From Alkalilimnicola ehrlichii MLHE-1 (lineage in GTDB: Bacteria > Pseudomonadota > Gammaproteobacteria > Nitrococcales > Halorhodospiraceae), in NCBI RefSeq assembly GCF_000014785.1, contig NC_008340.1:540001-572000 (forward strand): DNA of 32,000 bases. Direction: 5' to 3'. Below the pieces are notes generated by a model that was not told the DNA's origin, ran no database searches, and saw only the letters and a list, made by a program, of their open reading frames with translations. Both the position numbers and the translations under genes were made by a program. Positions 1-10,098 of this stretch are shown piece after piece; position 1 is the stretch's first letter, and every line of letters starts with the position of its first letter.

Positions 1-312
1 GTCCACAAGATCGTCGCACCGCGCTACAGGGAGTTCTCCACGCTGATCATTACGAAGCAGACCCTGGGCCGGCGCCGCAAGAAGCGGGAGCCGCTGAGTC
101 GGACGGAGAGCGAGCGCCTGGCGCGGATTGCGCGGGTATGGTCGATGGCAAAAGACGTTTACAAGGATGAGGACCTGGCCCGAGCTTTTCTGAGCCGGCC
201 GCACCAGATGCTCCAGGGGCGAGTCCCGCTGGAGGTGGCCACCGAGACCGAGTACGGCGCTGACGCCGTGGTGGAGATTCTCGGCCGGTTGAAGTACGGG
301 TCAGCGGCGTAA
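1..312 (+). CDS. Xre/MbcA/ParS toxin-binding-like antitoxin (DUF2384-type), 5' end outside window
   Basis: Open frame 1 from the window edge to TAA at 310-312: ...LSRTESERLARIARVWSMAKDVYKDEDLARAFLSRPHQMLQGRVPLEVATETEYGADAVVEILGRLKYGSAA*. Typical DUF2384 C-terminus, overlapping the start of a RES toxin. Confidence 0.85.
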   Translation, partial: VHKIVAPRYREFSTLIITKQTLGRRRKKREPLSRTESERLARIARVWSMAKDVYKDEDLARAFLSRPHQMLQGRVPLEVATETEYGADAVVEILGRLKYGSAA

Positions 313-794
313 TGGCACAGCGTCTCGACCGGACGCTGACGGCCTATCGAATCGGGGATCCCACGGGGGAGTTCCCGATCTTTGATGCCACCGGATCGAC
401 CCGCCATCCTGGTCGCTGGAATGACGCGGAAACCCCCGTGATATATGCGGGTGAGCACTACTCGACAGCGATGCTGGAGAAGCTTGCTCACGCCGACGGC
501 CTTATGCCCCCAGACCAGCACTTCATCCAGATCACGCTTCCCCGGGGGCTGAGTTACGAGATGGTGACCAAGGATCACCTCCCCGATTGGGCGGCGCCAG
601 ACTGCGTAGCCGCGCGAGAGTATGGGGTCAGGTGGGTCGCGGAGCAACGTTCCGTGGTGCTCTTCGTACCGTCGTTCGTTGCACGGGTCGAGCATAACGT
701 GCTCATCAACCCGGAGCACCGCGAGTTCGGCAAAATCGAAACCTCGATCCCGCATCCGGTCTGGTGGGATCGACGTCTTTTCGGCACGGACTGA
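312..794 (+). CDS. RES domain-containing toxin
   Basis: 160 aa ORF: YRIGDPTGEFPIFDATGSTRHPGRWNDAETPVIYAGEHYSTAMLEKLAH. GRWN and the vYa..h.s.A.lE pattern are typical of RES toxins. TAATG overlap with the upstream antitoxin. Confidence 0.88.
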   Translation: MAQRLDRTLTAYRIGDPTGEFPIFDATGSTRHPGRWNDAETPVIYAGEHYSTAMLEKLAHADGLMPPDQHFIQITLPRGLSYEMVTKDHLPDWAAPDCVAAREYGVRWVAEQRSVVLFVPSFVARVEHNVLINPEHREFGKIETSIPHPVWWDRRLFGTD

Positions 795-1064
795 CGGGGA
801 ATCCCGACGGGGTTTCATGCCACCGCGCTCGGTACGCCGGCGTGACTGGCTTTGGTGTCGGGGGCGGACAGCAGCGTAGTGAACTCGGACAAGAACACGG
901 TCACTGTCCCCCGCCCGGCGATACTGTCGGGCCGGACCTCCGTTTGAAGGCTCAACGCACGCGTTTGCCATCCGCCACCCAGTTGGATATATACTGACAA
1001 CAAGTCTAAAGAACTCTACCCCTTGGAGACGCCCGCTACCGTGAGACCCTTGCTTAGAGGGGTA

Positions 1065-1460
1065 ATGTGCTGGTTGATAGTGCTTGCAGTGATCGGCATG
1101 CCCGCCGTTGCTGCCGGCAATGCCAGTTTGTCGTCCGTCTCCGAGCCGGCAAGCCAAACGGCCGCTCACTCCGAATGCGGCCAGCATCACCACGATCGCC
1201 ATGAGACGTGTCCTGCCGATGCCTCTCTGTCCGAGGGCGGGGGGCAGGGTCACCCCGTGCAACACACTGCCCATGAACACCACGCGGACTGCGTGGATGT
1301 GGGGTGTGTAGCGAATTGCGCCACCTGTATGTATTGCCAGGGTGCTGTCACGCTACCGGTTGTCACTGAGGTGTCACTGGCCACGCCGTCCGTCCTGGCT
1401 GCCCCGTCCGTTGCCAGCCTCGGACGCACGACCCCCTTCCGTCCCCCAATTCGCTCCTGA
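1065..1460 (+). CDS. Small exported His/Cys-rich protein, putative metal-binding, copper-cluster associated
   Basis: ATG 1065 follows AGAGGGG. Signal-like MCWLIVLAVIGMPAVAAG, then SECGQHHHDRHETC...HPVQHTAHEHHADCVDVGCVANCATCMYCQ. Upstream in-frame TTG 1023 and GTG 1041 are alternative starts. Confidence 0.6.
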   Translation: MCWLIVLAVIGMPAVAAGNASLSSVSEPASQTAAHSECGQHHHDRHETCPADASLSEGGGQGHPVQHTAHEHHADCVDVGCVANCATCMYCQGAVTLPVVTEVSLATPSVLAAPSVASLGRTTPFRPPIRS

Positions 1461-1598
1461 TCCTCAAAGCGCCGGGTTGCCGGCGATTCATCCTCGTGTC
1501 CCGTTGCCGCCTGCCAAGGGGTGCGGCTTTGCCGTCGCACCGCGGTCAGACGCCCCTCGGACACGCACGACCACCCTATTGGATCAAGGGATTTGGGT

Positions 1599-3080
1599 AT
1601 GCGGGTAAAGCGAATTGCACTTCCCGTTTTGTCGGTCCTGTTCTTGGCCGGATGCGCCACGACTGTGCCCGACTTGGACAGAGAGCGTTTGGAAGGGGAC
1701 CTCATGGCCTATGGGGTGACCCTTTCAGAGGAAGAGCTACCGAAACCGCGGGGAGAGTTGGAACTCGAATCGGCGATTCACCAGGCGCTCTTGCGCAATC
1801 CCCGTATGCAGGCGGCGTACGCCAGGCTGGACCTGGAGGCCGCCGACGTCATTGAGGCCTCGCAGTTTGCCAACCCATCACTGTCGCTCTCCGTGCTGCG
1901 CCCGGAGGGCGGCGGTGGCAATGAATACGGGATTGGCCTGGCCTGGGGGATTTCCGGCTGGTTGCTGCGTAGCGCCAGGATCGACATCGCGGAGTCGCAC
2001 TGGGAATCCACCCGACTGCAGTTGACCGAGGGCATGGTCGCCCTGGCCAGTGATACCGAGCGTGCCTGGTATGAGGCCGTCGCCGCGCGGCAGCAAGCAC
2101 AGGTGCAAGCGCTGGAAACCCGGGCGGCCGATTTGGGATTGCGACTGGGTCAGCGCTTCCATGAGGCCGGCAACATCACCGACCTGGACAAGGCTCACCT
2201 GCGTATTCGTGCGACCGAGTCCAGATTGCAGTTGGAGGAGGCACGCCGTCAGGAGCGTGCAACTCGGCTGTACCTGGCACACCTGATGGGGATCCCCGGC
2301 GAAATCGAGGACTGGTCCGTGCCGGCGACGCTGCCCTTGCCGCTTGCCGACCCGGATGCCCCCGGGGCCCTTGTCGACCAGGCATTGGACGGGCGGCTTG
2401 ATCTGGCGGCTCTGGATAAGGCCTTGGACGGTATGACTGAGGGGGTCGCCCTGGTCCGTCGCTACCGCTGGCTGGGCGACATTGAGCCTGGTATCGAGTT
2501 CGAGCGGGAGACAGACGGAACCCGCCTATGGGGTGGCGGGATTACCTTCACCCTCCCCCTATTCAATCGGAACCAGAGCGGCGTACACCGGGCTGAGGCG
2601 CGCCTGCGGGAGGGTGAAGCGCGTAGGGATCGACTGACGGACGCCATTATCGCTGACGTGCACGAACAGCACTATCGGCTGCTCCACCACCGGGAACGGT
2701 TCAGGATGATGCGCGAAGAGTTGCTCCCGGCACGAGAGATCGCCATGGCCGGCATCCAGGAGCGGGTGAACTACATGTTCGACGACGTGTTCGACCTGCT
2801 GGAGCACAAGCAGGAGGAGCTTCGCGACTGGCGCCGCACGGTGGCGGAGCTCGGGGACTATTGGCGTGCCCGGGCAGATTTGGCTTACGCCGTGGCTGGA
2901 CCGCTACCCGGTGGTCCCGTCGGCCGCGAAGGCTATTTCGATATCGGGCAGTTGGAACGCGAGCCTGGGCAGATGCATCACCACCATGACCATGGACACG
3001 ACCACGAGGACCATGGCGAGCCCCACGATCACGAGCACGGTGACCACACCGAACATTCTGGGCACGGAGGGCATCATTGA
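1599..3080 (+). CDS. TolC-family outer membrane efflux lipoprotein (CusC/CzcC-like) with His-rich C-terminal tail
   Basis: Lipobox LFLAGC; long helical protein with NPRMQAAYARLDLEAADVIEA and FNRNQSGVHRAEARLREGEARRDRLTDAIIADV repeats typical of TolC family. Tail MHHHHDHGHDHEDHGEPHDHEHGDHTEHSGHGGHH. Confidence 0.85.
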   Translation: MRVKRIALPVLSVLFLAGCATTVPDLDRERLEGDLMAYGVTLSEEELPKPRGELELESAIHQALLRNPRMQAAYARLDLEAADVIEASQFANPSLSLSVLRPEGGGGNEYGIGLAWGISGWLLRSARIDIAESHWESTRLQLTEGMVALASDTERAWYEAVAARQQAQVQALETRAADLGLRLGQRFHEAGNITDLDKAHLRIRATESRLQLEEARRQERATRLYLAHLMGIPGEIEDWSVPATLPLPLADPDAPGALVDQALDGRLDLAALDKALDGMTEGVALVRRYRWLGDIEPGIEFERETDGTRLWGGGITFTLPLFNRNQSGVHRAEARLREGEARRDRLTDAIIADVHEQHYRLLHHRERFRMMREELLPAREIAMAGIQERVNYMFDDVFDLLEHKQEELRDWRRTVAELGDYWRARADLAYAVAGPLPGGPVGREGYFDIGQLEREPGQMHHHHDHGHDHEDHGEPHDHEHGDHTEHSGHGGHH

Positions 3081-4483
3081 TGAAGCGTCGCAATTTCCTG
3101 CTTGCCGCCAGCGCTGTCCTGCCGGCTGCCACCCTGACCCGCGTAATGGCCGAATCCGGTCACGTCCACCACAACGAGGGGGACCGGACGCCCGGACAAC
3201 GCACCGACCAGGGCTATATGCCTGTCCATACCCCCAATGGCTGGACATTGCCGTACGAGATCAAGGACGGCGTCAAGGAATTCCACCTGGTTGCGGAAGA
3301 GATCGAGCACGAATTCGCCCCCGGATCCGTTGCCAAATGCTGGGGTTACAACGGCACCACCCCAGGTCCGACCATCGAGGCTGTGGAGGGGGATCGGGTG
3401 CGAATCTATGTGACGAATCGCCTCCCGGAATACACCTCCGTCCACTGGCACGGCATTCATTTGCCCTCGGGAATGGATGGTGTGAAGGGCGTCACTCAGC
3501 CGCCGATTCACCCCGGGGAGACCTTTGTCTATGAGTTCGAGCTCAATCAGCATGGGACGCATATGTACCACCCCCATGCCGATGAAATGGTGCAGATGGC
3601 GATGGGCATGATGGGGATGTTCATCATCCACCCCAAGGACGGCGAGATAGAGCCGGTGGATCGCGACTACGCCATCCTGCTGCACAACTGGGCGCTGCAT
3701 CCGGGGACCCGGCGGCCTGATCCCTCCATCATGGTCGATTTCGACCTTTGGTCGATGAACTCGAAGGTATTTCCCGCGATTGACTCCTTGGTGGCCAAGA
3801 CCGGCGAAAGGGTGCGTATCCGGATGGGCAATCTATCCATGTGGAATCACCCCATGCACGTGCACGGCGTGTCGTTCGAAGTGACCGGCTCGGATGGCGG
3901 GCGTTGGCCCCGGTCTCAATGGCGGAAGGAGACCACCGAGATCGTCGGGGTGGGGCAGGTCCGGGATATCGAATTTATCGCTCCACCGGGCGACTGGGCG
4001 TTTCATTGCCACATGACCCACCACACCATGAACCCCATGGGGCATGGCATCGCCAACCCGCTCGGGGTGGACCAGTCCGGTATCGAAGAGGAGATCCGCA
4101 CCCTGTTGCCCGAATACATGGCGATGGGCCAGCACGGCATGGCCGATCACCAGGCCCATACCGATGGCGGCCACATGCGCGGGCCGGACAATACGCTCGC
4201 GATGGCCATGGGCGAGGGGCCTTTCGGCACGATCGGCATGGGGGGGATGTTCACCCTGGTCAAGGTCCGGGATGATTTGGCGCCCGGTGATTTCTCCGAC
4301 CCGGGCTGGTACTGGCATCCGGATGGCGAAGTGGCGTGGCGGGTGAGCGACGACCCCGACTTTGGCAACCCGGTGCGCCGGGGCAAGCTCGCCGGGGCGG
4401 GGGCCGAGGACCTGCCAACGCCCCGGCGTGACGGGCACGGACACCACGGTAACCACGGGCACGGCGACCACCACGACCATTGA
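3080..4483 (+). CDS. Multicopper oxidase (copper oxidase)
   Basis: Signal MKRRNFLLAASAVLPAATLTRVMA; Cu-binding motifs HWHGIHLPSG, HGTHMYHPHADE, NHPMHVHG, HCHMTHHTMNPM; His-rich C-terminus. A TTG at 3077 is also in frame. Confidence 0.92.
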   Translation: MKRRNFLLAASAVLPAATLTRVMAESGHVHHNEGDRTPGQRTDQGYMPVHTPNGWTLPYEIKDGVKEFHLVAEEIEHEFAPGSVAKCWGYNGTTPGPTIEAVEGDRVRIYVTNRLPEYTSVHWHGIHLPSGMDGVKGVTQPPIHPGETFVYEFELNQHGTHMYHPHADEMVQMAMGMMGMFIIHPKDGEIEPVDRDYAILLHNWALHPGTRRPDPSIMVDFDLWSMNSKVFPAIDSLVAKTGERVRIRMGNLSMWNHPMHVHGVSFEVTGSDGGRWPRSQWRKETTEIVGVGQVRDIEFIAPPGDWAFHCHMTHHTMNPMGHGIANPLGVDQSGIEEEIRTLLPEYMAMGQHGMADHQAHTDGGHMRGPDNTLAMAMGEGPFGTIGMGGMFTLVKVRDDLAPGDFSDPGWYWHPDGEVAWRVSDDPDFGNPVRRGKLAGAGAEDLPTPRRDGHGHHGNHGHGDHHDH

Positions 4484-4567
4484 TCCGGAAGGGGCGGCCG
4501 GTGCGGTGGTATTCAGAACCACTGCCCCAATTTCATTAAACGCACTAATTTCCAAGGAGACTTGACC

Positions 4568-4930
4568 ATGAAGGCATACCTCAAACTTGGCCTGGCCGGA
4601 CTTGTGGCCGTGATGATGGGGTTGAGCGCCCCGCTCATGGCCCATGAGGGCGAGTTGGGCACCCTCCCTGAGGAAGGGACTACCGTGCAAGGCAGTCCGG
4701 AGGAGATTGGCATCTATTTTGACGGCGCAATGCGCATTACGCAGTTCGACGTGACCGGCCCGCAGGGGCGCGTGCGACTGGTGGATGTGCCCGGCAACGA
4801 GCCGACCGAGGACTACCGCGTGGCCCCGGCGGATGAACTGGCGCCAGGGACCTATCAGGTTCGCTGGCGTGGTCTGGCCCGGGACGGCCACATGATGTCC
4901 GGTGGATTCAGCTTCAGCGTAGAGGACTAA
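4568..4930 (+). CDS. copC: Copper resistance protein CopC
   Basis: MKAYLKLGLAGLVAVMMGLSAPLMAHEGELGTLPEEGTTVQGSPEEIGIYFDGAMRITQFDVTGPQG...YRVRWRGLARDGHMMSGGFSFSVED; exported CopC fold, precedes copD. Confidence 0.85.
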   Translation: MKAYLKLGLAGLVAVMMGLSAPLMAHEGELGTLPEEGTTVQGSPEEIGIYFDGAMRITQFDVTGPQGRVRLVDVPGNEPTEDYRVAPADELAPGTYQVRWRGLARDGHMMSGGFSFSVED

Positions 4931-4933
4931 GCA

Positions 4934-5836
4934 ATGGCCTGGGTATCAGCACTGGCGGACCAAGATGCCTGGTCGGTGCTGCTGATCCTGGTGGATGCGG
5001 GCATCTACCTGGGGGCCTTGTTGGCCGTCGGGTCGGTGTTATTCCGTTTCGTATTCCGAGGCGGGCCGGACCGGGCGCACCAGAGCGCGCGGCGGATGGG
5101 GGCATTGGCCGCCGCCGCCGCGTTAGTCCTGCTCCTATTGAAATGGCCACTCCAGGCGGGCTTCCTCGGTGGCGGCACGCTGTCTGCGGCGACCGATCCG
5201 ATGCTGCTCATGATGTTGCTCGATGGCGCCTTCGGTATCCAACTCCTGCTGATGGCCGGGGGGTTGGTGGTGCTCCAGTTCGGACTGCTGCGCGTTCCAT
5301 TGCCGATGCCACTGCGGGTGGTCGCGGCCACCGCCGGCTGCGCGTTGGTGCTGTCGGCGTTCGTGCAAGTGGGCCACACCGTCCGTGAGCCTCGCACCCT
5401 CCTGATGGGGCTTCTGATGCTGCACCTTCTGTGTGTGGCGTTCTGGCTGGCCGCATTACCGCCCCTGCACCAAGTCTCTTATGGCCAGGACCGGTGGGAA
5501 GCGGCGGCCATCCTGAGACGTTTTGGACAACTGGCGACCTTCGCCGTTGGGGTGCTCGTGGTCGCGGGTGTTGCCCTGGCCTGGCAATTGCTGGGGGGTC
5601 TACAGCCCTTGCTCACCACAGCGTATGGCCAGGTCCTGCTCGGAAAGGTGTCTGCGGTCGGTTTGTTGCTGTTATTTGCCGCCATGAACAAGCTCTGGCT
5701 GGTGCCCGCGTTCGAGAATGCAGCGCCTGCTGCGCCGCTGCGACTCCGGCGCAGCATCCGGATCGAGGCGGTCATAGCCATTCTGATCGTGCTGATAACG
5801 GCTTTGCTGACCTCGGTCGGCACGCCCGGCGCGTGA
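4934..5836 (+). CDS. copD: CopD family copper resistance membrane protein
   Basis: Polytopic membrane protein: LLILVDAGIYLGALLAVGSVLFR...FVQVGHTVREPRTLLMGLLMLHLLCVAFWLAALPPL; adjacent to copC. Confidence 0.85.
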   Translation: MAWVSALADQDAWSVLLILVDAGIYLGALLAVGSVLFRFVFRGGPDRAHQSARRMGALAAAAALVLLLLKWPLQAGFLGGGTLSAATDPMLLMMLLDGAFGIQLLLMAGGLVVLQFGLLRVPLPMPLRVVAATAGCALVLSAFVQVGHTVREPRTLLMGLLMLHLLCVAFWLAALPPLHQVSYGQDRWEAAAILRRFGQLATFAVGVLVVAGVALAWQLLGGLQPLLTTAYGQVLLGKVSAVGLLLLFAAMNKLWLVPAFENAAPAAPLRLRRSIRIEAVIAILIVLITALLTSVGTPGA

Positions 5837-5903
5837 CCCTCAGCGCCCTGCACGGATATGATGCCCTGAAATGGAGTAGACCCTCGAAGGACACCAACAC
5901 CCC

Positions 5904-8330
5904 ATGATCCTCACCCTCAACCAACTCGAACGCCATCTCTTCAAGGCCGCCGACATCCTCCGGGGCCGCATGGACGCCTCGGAGTTCAAGGAATACATCT
6001 TCGGCATGCTCTTCCTCAAGCGCTGCTCCGACGTCTTCGACCAGCGCCGGGAGGAGGTGCGCGGGAGTCTCCAGGCCAGCGGCAAGAGCGAGGCCGAGAT
6101 CGCCCAACTCATCGAGATGCCCCACTGGTACAAGGCGGACTTCTTCGTCCCGCCCCAATCCCGCTGGGACCACCTGCTCAACGAGGCCCACCAGGGCGTG
6201 GGCAGCGCCCTCAACAAGGCCCTGGCCGGCCTGGAAGAGCACAACCACGGCCTGGCCGGGGTGCTGGAGCACATCGACTTCACCCGCAAGGTGGGCTCCA
6301 CCACCCTGCCGGACCGGAAGCTGCGCGACCTCATCGCCCACTTCAGTGAGTACCGCCTGCGCAACGAGGACTTCGAGTTCCCCGACCTGCTGGGCGCCGC
6401 CTACGAATACCTCATCCGCGACTTCGCCGACTCCGCCGGCAAGAAGGGGGGCGAGTTCTACACCCCGCGCCCGGTGGTGCGCATGATGGTCCGCCTGATG
6501 GACCCGCAGGAAGGCCACCGCGTCTATGACCCCTGCATGGGTTCCGGCGGCATGCTCATCATGGCCAAGGAGTACCTGGAAGAGCATGGGGGCGATCCGC
6601 GCCTGCTCAACCTCTTCGGCCAGGAGGCCTCCGGCTCCGTCTGGGCCATAGCCAAGATGAACATGTTGCTGCACGGCATCAGCTCCGCCGACCTGCGCAA
6701 CGAAGACACCCTGACCGATCCCCAACATGTGGAAGGCGGCGAGCTGAAGCGGTTCGACCGCATCCTCACCAATCCGCCCTTCTCCATCGGTTACACCCCC
6801 AGCCAGCACTTCCCCGAGCGCTTCCGCTACGGCAGCGTGCCGGAGGGGGCGAAAAAGGCCGACCTGATGTTCCTGCAGCACATGGTGGCCTGCCTCAACG
6901 CCAACGGCCGCCTGGCCACCGTCATGCCCCACGGCGTGCTCTTCCGGGGCGGGGACGAAAAGCGCATCCGCGCCGGGCTGCTGGAGGACGACCTGGTGGA
7001 GGCGGTCATCGGCCTGGCCCCCAACCTCTTCTACGGCACCGGCATCCCCGCCAGCATCCTGGTGCTTCGGGCCAAGGGCGCCAAGCCGGCCGAGCGCCAG
7101 GGGAAGGTCCTGTTCATCAACGCCGACCGGGAGTACCACGAGGGCCGCGCCCAGAACCACCTGCTGCCGGAACACATCGAGAAGATCGCCAGCACCTACG
7201 AGGCCTTCGAGGCCGTGCCCGGCTTCGCCGAAGTGGTGCCCCTGGAGACCCTGCGCGAGAACGACTACAACCTCAACATCCGCCGCTACGCCGACAACAC
7301 CCCGCCCCCCGAGCCCCAGGACGTGCGCGCCCACCTAAAGGGCGGCGTGCCGGTGAAGGAGATCCACGCCAAACGGCCCCTGTTCGACGCCCACGGCCTC
7401 GACCCCATGGGCCTGTTCCAGTCCCGGTCCGACGACCCGGACTACGTGGACTTCCCCCCGGCCCTGACCGACAAGCGCGACCTCAAGCCCGCCATCGAGG
7501 GGGATGCCGGCGTGCAGGAGAAGGAGGCGCGGGTGCTGACCGCCTTCGAGGCCTGGTGGGCCGAACACGGCGGCAGCATCACCGGCCTCTCCGGCAACGG
7601 CGGCCGCCTGACCCGGTTGCGGGACGAGCTGCTGGGCAGCTTCGCCGCCGCTCTGGAACCGATGGGCATGCTCGACCGCTTCGCCGTGCGCGGGATCATC
7701 GCCGGGTTCTGGTTCGACAACAAAAACGAGTTCCGCACCCTGCAGGCCCGGGGCTGCCTGGGCGTGGCGGACGCTTGGCGCACCAGCATCATCAGCCTGC
7801 TGGAGGACGACCAGAGCAAGGCCAACCCCCTGGACCACCCGCTGGTCCACCACCTGCTGGAAGACTACGTGGCCGAACTGGAAGAGCTGGCCGCCCGCAA
7901 GGCCGAGCTGGACGCCCGCATCAAGGCCGCCGAGGCCAAGCCCAGGGCCGAGGAGGAGGGCGACGCCGAAGCGGGGGAGGGCGACGAGGACGACGACGCC
8001 CCCACACCGGAGCAGATCAAGGCGTGGAAGAAAGAGCGCACGGCGGTGAACAAACAGCGCAAGGCCAAGGTGGCCAGCTTCGAGCAGCACCTGAACGAGG
8101 CCGTGGACGCCCTGGACGAGACCGCCGCCGCCGAGTTGGTGGGCGGCATCCTGCACGACCAACTGCGGGCCATCCTGACGCGGTATATCCGGCAACAGCG
8201 CCAGACGGTGGTGGCCGCCTTCGAGACCTGGTGGGACAAGTACCGGGTGACGCTGGCGGACATCGAGGCGGAGCGGGATGCCGCCGCGAGGGAGTTGCGG
8301 GGGTATTTGGAGGGCTTGGGGTATGTCTGA
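5904..8330 (+). CDS. hsdM: Type I restriction-modification system methyltransferase subunit
   Basis: 808 aa; [36 protein letters not shown] and NPPFSIG methylase motifs; HsdM N-terminal helical domain [21 protein letters not shown]. Confidence 0.96.
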   Translation: MILTLNQLERHLFKAADILRGRMDASEFKEYIFGMLFLKRCSDVFDQRREEVRGSLQASGKSEAEIAQLIEMPHWYKADFFVPPQSRWDHLLNEAHQGVGSALNKALAGLEEHNHGLAGVLEHIDFTRKVGSTTLPDRKLRDLIAHFSEYRLRNEDFEFPDLLGAAYEYLIRDFADSAGKKGGEFYTPRPVVRMMVRLMDPQEGHRVYDPCMGSGGMLIMAKEYLEEHGGDPRLLNLFGQEASGSVWAIAKMNMLLHGISSADLRNEDTLTDPQHVEGGELKRFDRILTNPPFSIGYTPSQHFPERFRYGSVPEGAKKADLMFLQHMVACLNANGRLATVMPHGVLFRGGDEKRIRAGLLEDDLVEAVIGLAPNLFYGTGIPASILVLRAKGAKPAERQGKVLFINADREYHEGRAQNHLLPEHIEKIASTYEAFEAVPGFAEVVPLETLRENDYNLNIRRYADNTPPPEPQDVRAHLKGGVPVKEIHAKRPLFDAHGLDPMGLFQSRSDDPDYVDFPPALTDKRDLKPAIEGDAGVQEKEARVLTAFEAWWAEHGGSITGLSGNGGRLTRLRDELLGSFAAALEPMGMLDRFAVRGIIAGFWFDNKNEFRTLQARGCLGVADAWRTSIISLLEDDQSKANPLDHPLVHHLLEDYVAELEELAARKAELDARIKAAEAKPRAEEEGDAEAGEGDEDDDAPTPEQIKAWKKERTAVNKQRKAKVASFEQHLNEAVDALDETAAAELVGGILHDQLRAILTRYIRQQRQTVVAAFETWWDKYRVTLADIEAERDAAARELRGYLEGLGYV

Positions 8331-9564
8331 TCTCAGTTGGCCAGATGTCAGTCTCGGGAATATATTCACCATCAACACTAGTGCGGTGATCCCGAATGCG
8401 GCCCCCAATACCGAGTTCTATCACCATAGCCTGCCCGCTTGGGACGCCACAGGGGGACCTACGGTGGAAAAAGGCTCTTCGATCGAAAGCAATAAAGTCA
8501 ATATCACCAAGCCTTGCGTGCTGGTTTCAAAGTTGAACCCAAGGAAACCTCGGGTATCTGTGCTTGAATCGGTGGGAAAAGACGAGCGTCATTGCGCCTC
8601 AACAGAATTCGTTTGTCTTGAACCAAAAGCCAAAGAGCACCTCAGGTTCTGGGGCCATCTTTTTTCGAACAAGAGGTTTGCAGGCCACCTTGATCGCATG
8701 GCTATTGGTTCGACCAATAGCCACAAACGGTTTAGCCCCGGGGTGCTCTTGTCCTTAAGGATTGAGCTGCCCTCAGAGCCGGAAAGGAGGCTGATTGCCC
8801 GAATCCTCGACACCCTCGACACCCAGATCCAGAAAACCGAGGCGCTTATTGCCAAGCTGGAGAAGGTCAAGGAAGGCCTGCTCCACGACCTGCTGACCCG
8901 CGGCATCGACGACAACGGCCAGCTACGCCCCAGCCCCGAGCAGGCACCGGAGCTCTACAAGGAATCGCCGCTGGGGTTGATTCCGAGGGAGTGGAACGCA
9001 GTCAGGCTTTATGAAATGGCGGAAAATCATGATGGACAGCGAATTCCGCTCAAAAAGTCGGAGCGCAAACATGGCACATATCCATACTATGGAGCCTCCG
9101 GGATAATTGATTGGGTTGAGGGATATCTATTTGAAGGAAGCTATGTTCTTCTTGGGGAGGATGGTGAGAACGTTGTATCTAGGAACTTGCCGTTGGCATT
9201 CCCTGTTACTGGAAGGTTCTGGGTGAATAATCATGCGCACATATACTCTCCAAAAGATGACTGCGACACCCGGTTCTTGGTTGAGGTGCTTGAGCAAAAG
9301 GATTATTCGCGCTGGGTAAATGGTTCGGCCCAGCCGAAAATAACGCAAGCATCATTGAGAATGATGTGGTTCTGCAAGCCACCAACGGCTGAGCAGAAGG
9401 CTATCTCAAATAGCCTTGAGGCAATCAATCAGCAGATTGACGAAGAGAAGATCAAGATTGCCAAAGTGAGAACGCAAAAAGCAGGGGTCATGGACGACCT
9501 GCTAACCGGCCGCGTCCGCGTCACCCCCCTTCTCGACAAGGCCCAGGCCACGACGCCAGCATAA
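8323..9564 (+). CDS. hsdS: Type I restriction-modification system specificity subunit
   Basis: Two target-recognition domains separated by [40 protein letters not shown] and closed by [48 protein letters not shown] at 8323 overlaps the hsdM stop. Confidence 0.94.
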   Translation: MSDLSWPDVSLGNIFTINTSAVIPNAAPNTEFYHHSLPAWDATGGPTVEKGSSIESNKVNITKPCVLVSKLNPRKPRVSVLESVGKDERHCASTEFVCLEPKAKEHLRFWGHLFSNKRFAGHLDRMAIGSTNSHKRFSPGVLLSLRIELPSEPERRLIARILDTLDTQIQKTEALIAKLEKVKEGLLHDLLTRGIDDNGQLRPSPEQAPELYKESPLGLIPREWNAVRLYEMAENHDGQRIPLKKSERKHGTYPYYGASGIIDWVEGYLFEGSYVLLGEDGENVVSRNLPLAFPVTGRFWVNNHAHIYSPKDDCDTRFLVEVLEQKDYSRWVNGSAQPKITQASLRMMWFCKPPTAEQKAISNSLEAINQQIDEEKIKIAKVRTQKAGVMDDLLTGRVRVTPLLDKAQATTPA

Positions 9565-9609
9565 CCGACACCTTCACCAAATCAGGACAGCACCGCACAA
9601 GGACCCGCC

Positions 9610-9792
9610 ATGACCACCTTCGACAGCACCAAACGCTCCCTGCCGGAACTGCTCAAGGACATCACCACCGGCAAGATCCAGCTCCCCGACTTCCAGCGCG
9701 GCTGGGTCCGGGACGACGACCACCTCCAGAGCCTGCTGATTCCGGCGTACCCGTCCGCTCGGCGACGCGCCGGAATCGGCGGGCAGCGGTAG
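9610..9792 (+). pseudogene. Truncated DUF262-type protein remnant (N-terminus only)
   Basis: MTTFDSTKRSLPELLKDITTGKIQLPDFQRGWVRDDDHLQSLL is a classic DUF262 N-terminus; the reading frame then becomes unrelated sequence and stops after 60 codons. Confidence 0.75.
9738..9777. repeat. 10-bp perfect inverted repeat at the DUF262 truncation point
   Basis: GATTCCGGCG (9738-9747) and CGCCGGAATC (9768-9777), 20-nt spacer. Confidence 0.7.
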
Positions 9793-9807
9793 GTTGCAGG
9801 TGTAATC

Positions 9808-10098
9808 ATGGCCAATGACTGGTCGCATGGTCTCAATCCCGAGAAGGCCCTGATCTTTCGCATCATGCACCGGGATAACCTCCCATGGGTTCTGGAGCAC
9901 GGCCTTTACTGTTGCTCAGCGCCGGAGAAGACGGAGCGCTATCAGGCAGAGGCGCTGATTCACCACCACTTGCCTGTCTCTGCACTGCTGGGTATCGGTG
10001 CGTATACTGATCGGGTACGGGCCGACATCGAGAGTCAGGCGTTGGCTGTCGGTCTTCAGTTAAAGGTGGTCACGCGGCCCAACTGGTTCTTCTCATGA
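9808..10098 (+). pseudogene. darT: Internally deleted DarT-like (DUF4433) ADP-ribosyltransferase toxin
   Basis: 96 aa; DarT-like N-terminus LNPEKALIFRIMHRDNLPWVLEHGLYC joined in frame to DarT-like C-terminus [54 protein letters not shown]. The central region is absent. Followed directly by darG with ATGA overlap. Confidence 0.78.

Noticed and set aside
159-1283. 374-aa minus-strand ORF over the RES toxin
   Set aside because: The opposite strand carries clear DUF2384/RES coding. The minus translation is Arg/Gly/Pro-rich with no family signature.
3833-4891. 352-aa minus-strand ORF over the multicopper oxidase and copC
   Set aside because: Antisense to well-supported copper genes. The many Val/His codons reflect the complementary strand of a His/Met-rich gene.
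5772-7334. 520-aa minus-strand ORF (and 7335-8408 minus)
   Set aside because: Antisense to hsdM, whose methylase motifs are unambiguous. Composition is typical of frame-shadowing in GC-rich DNA.
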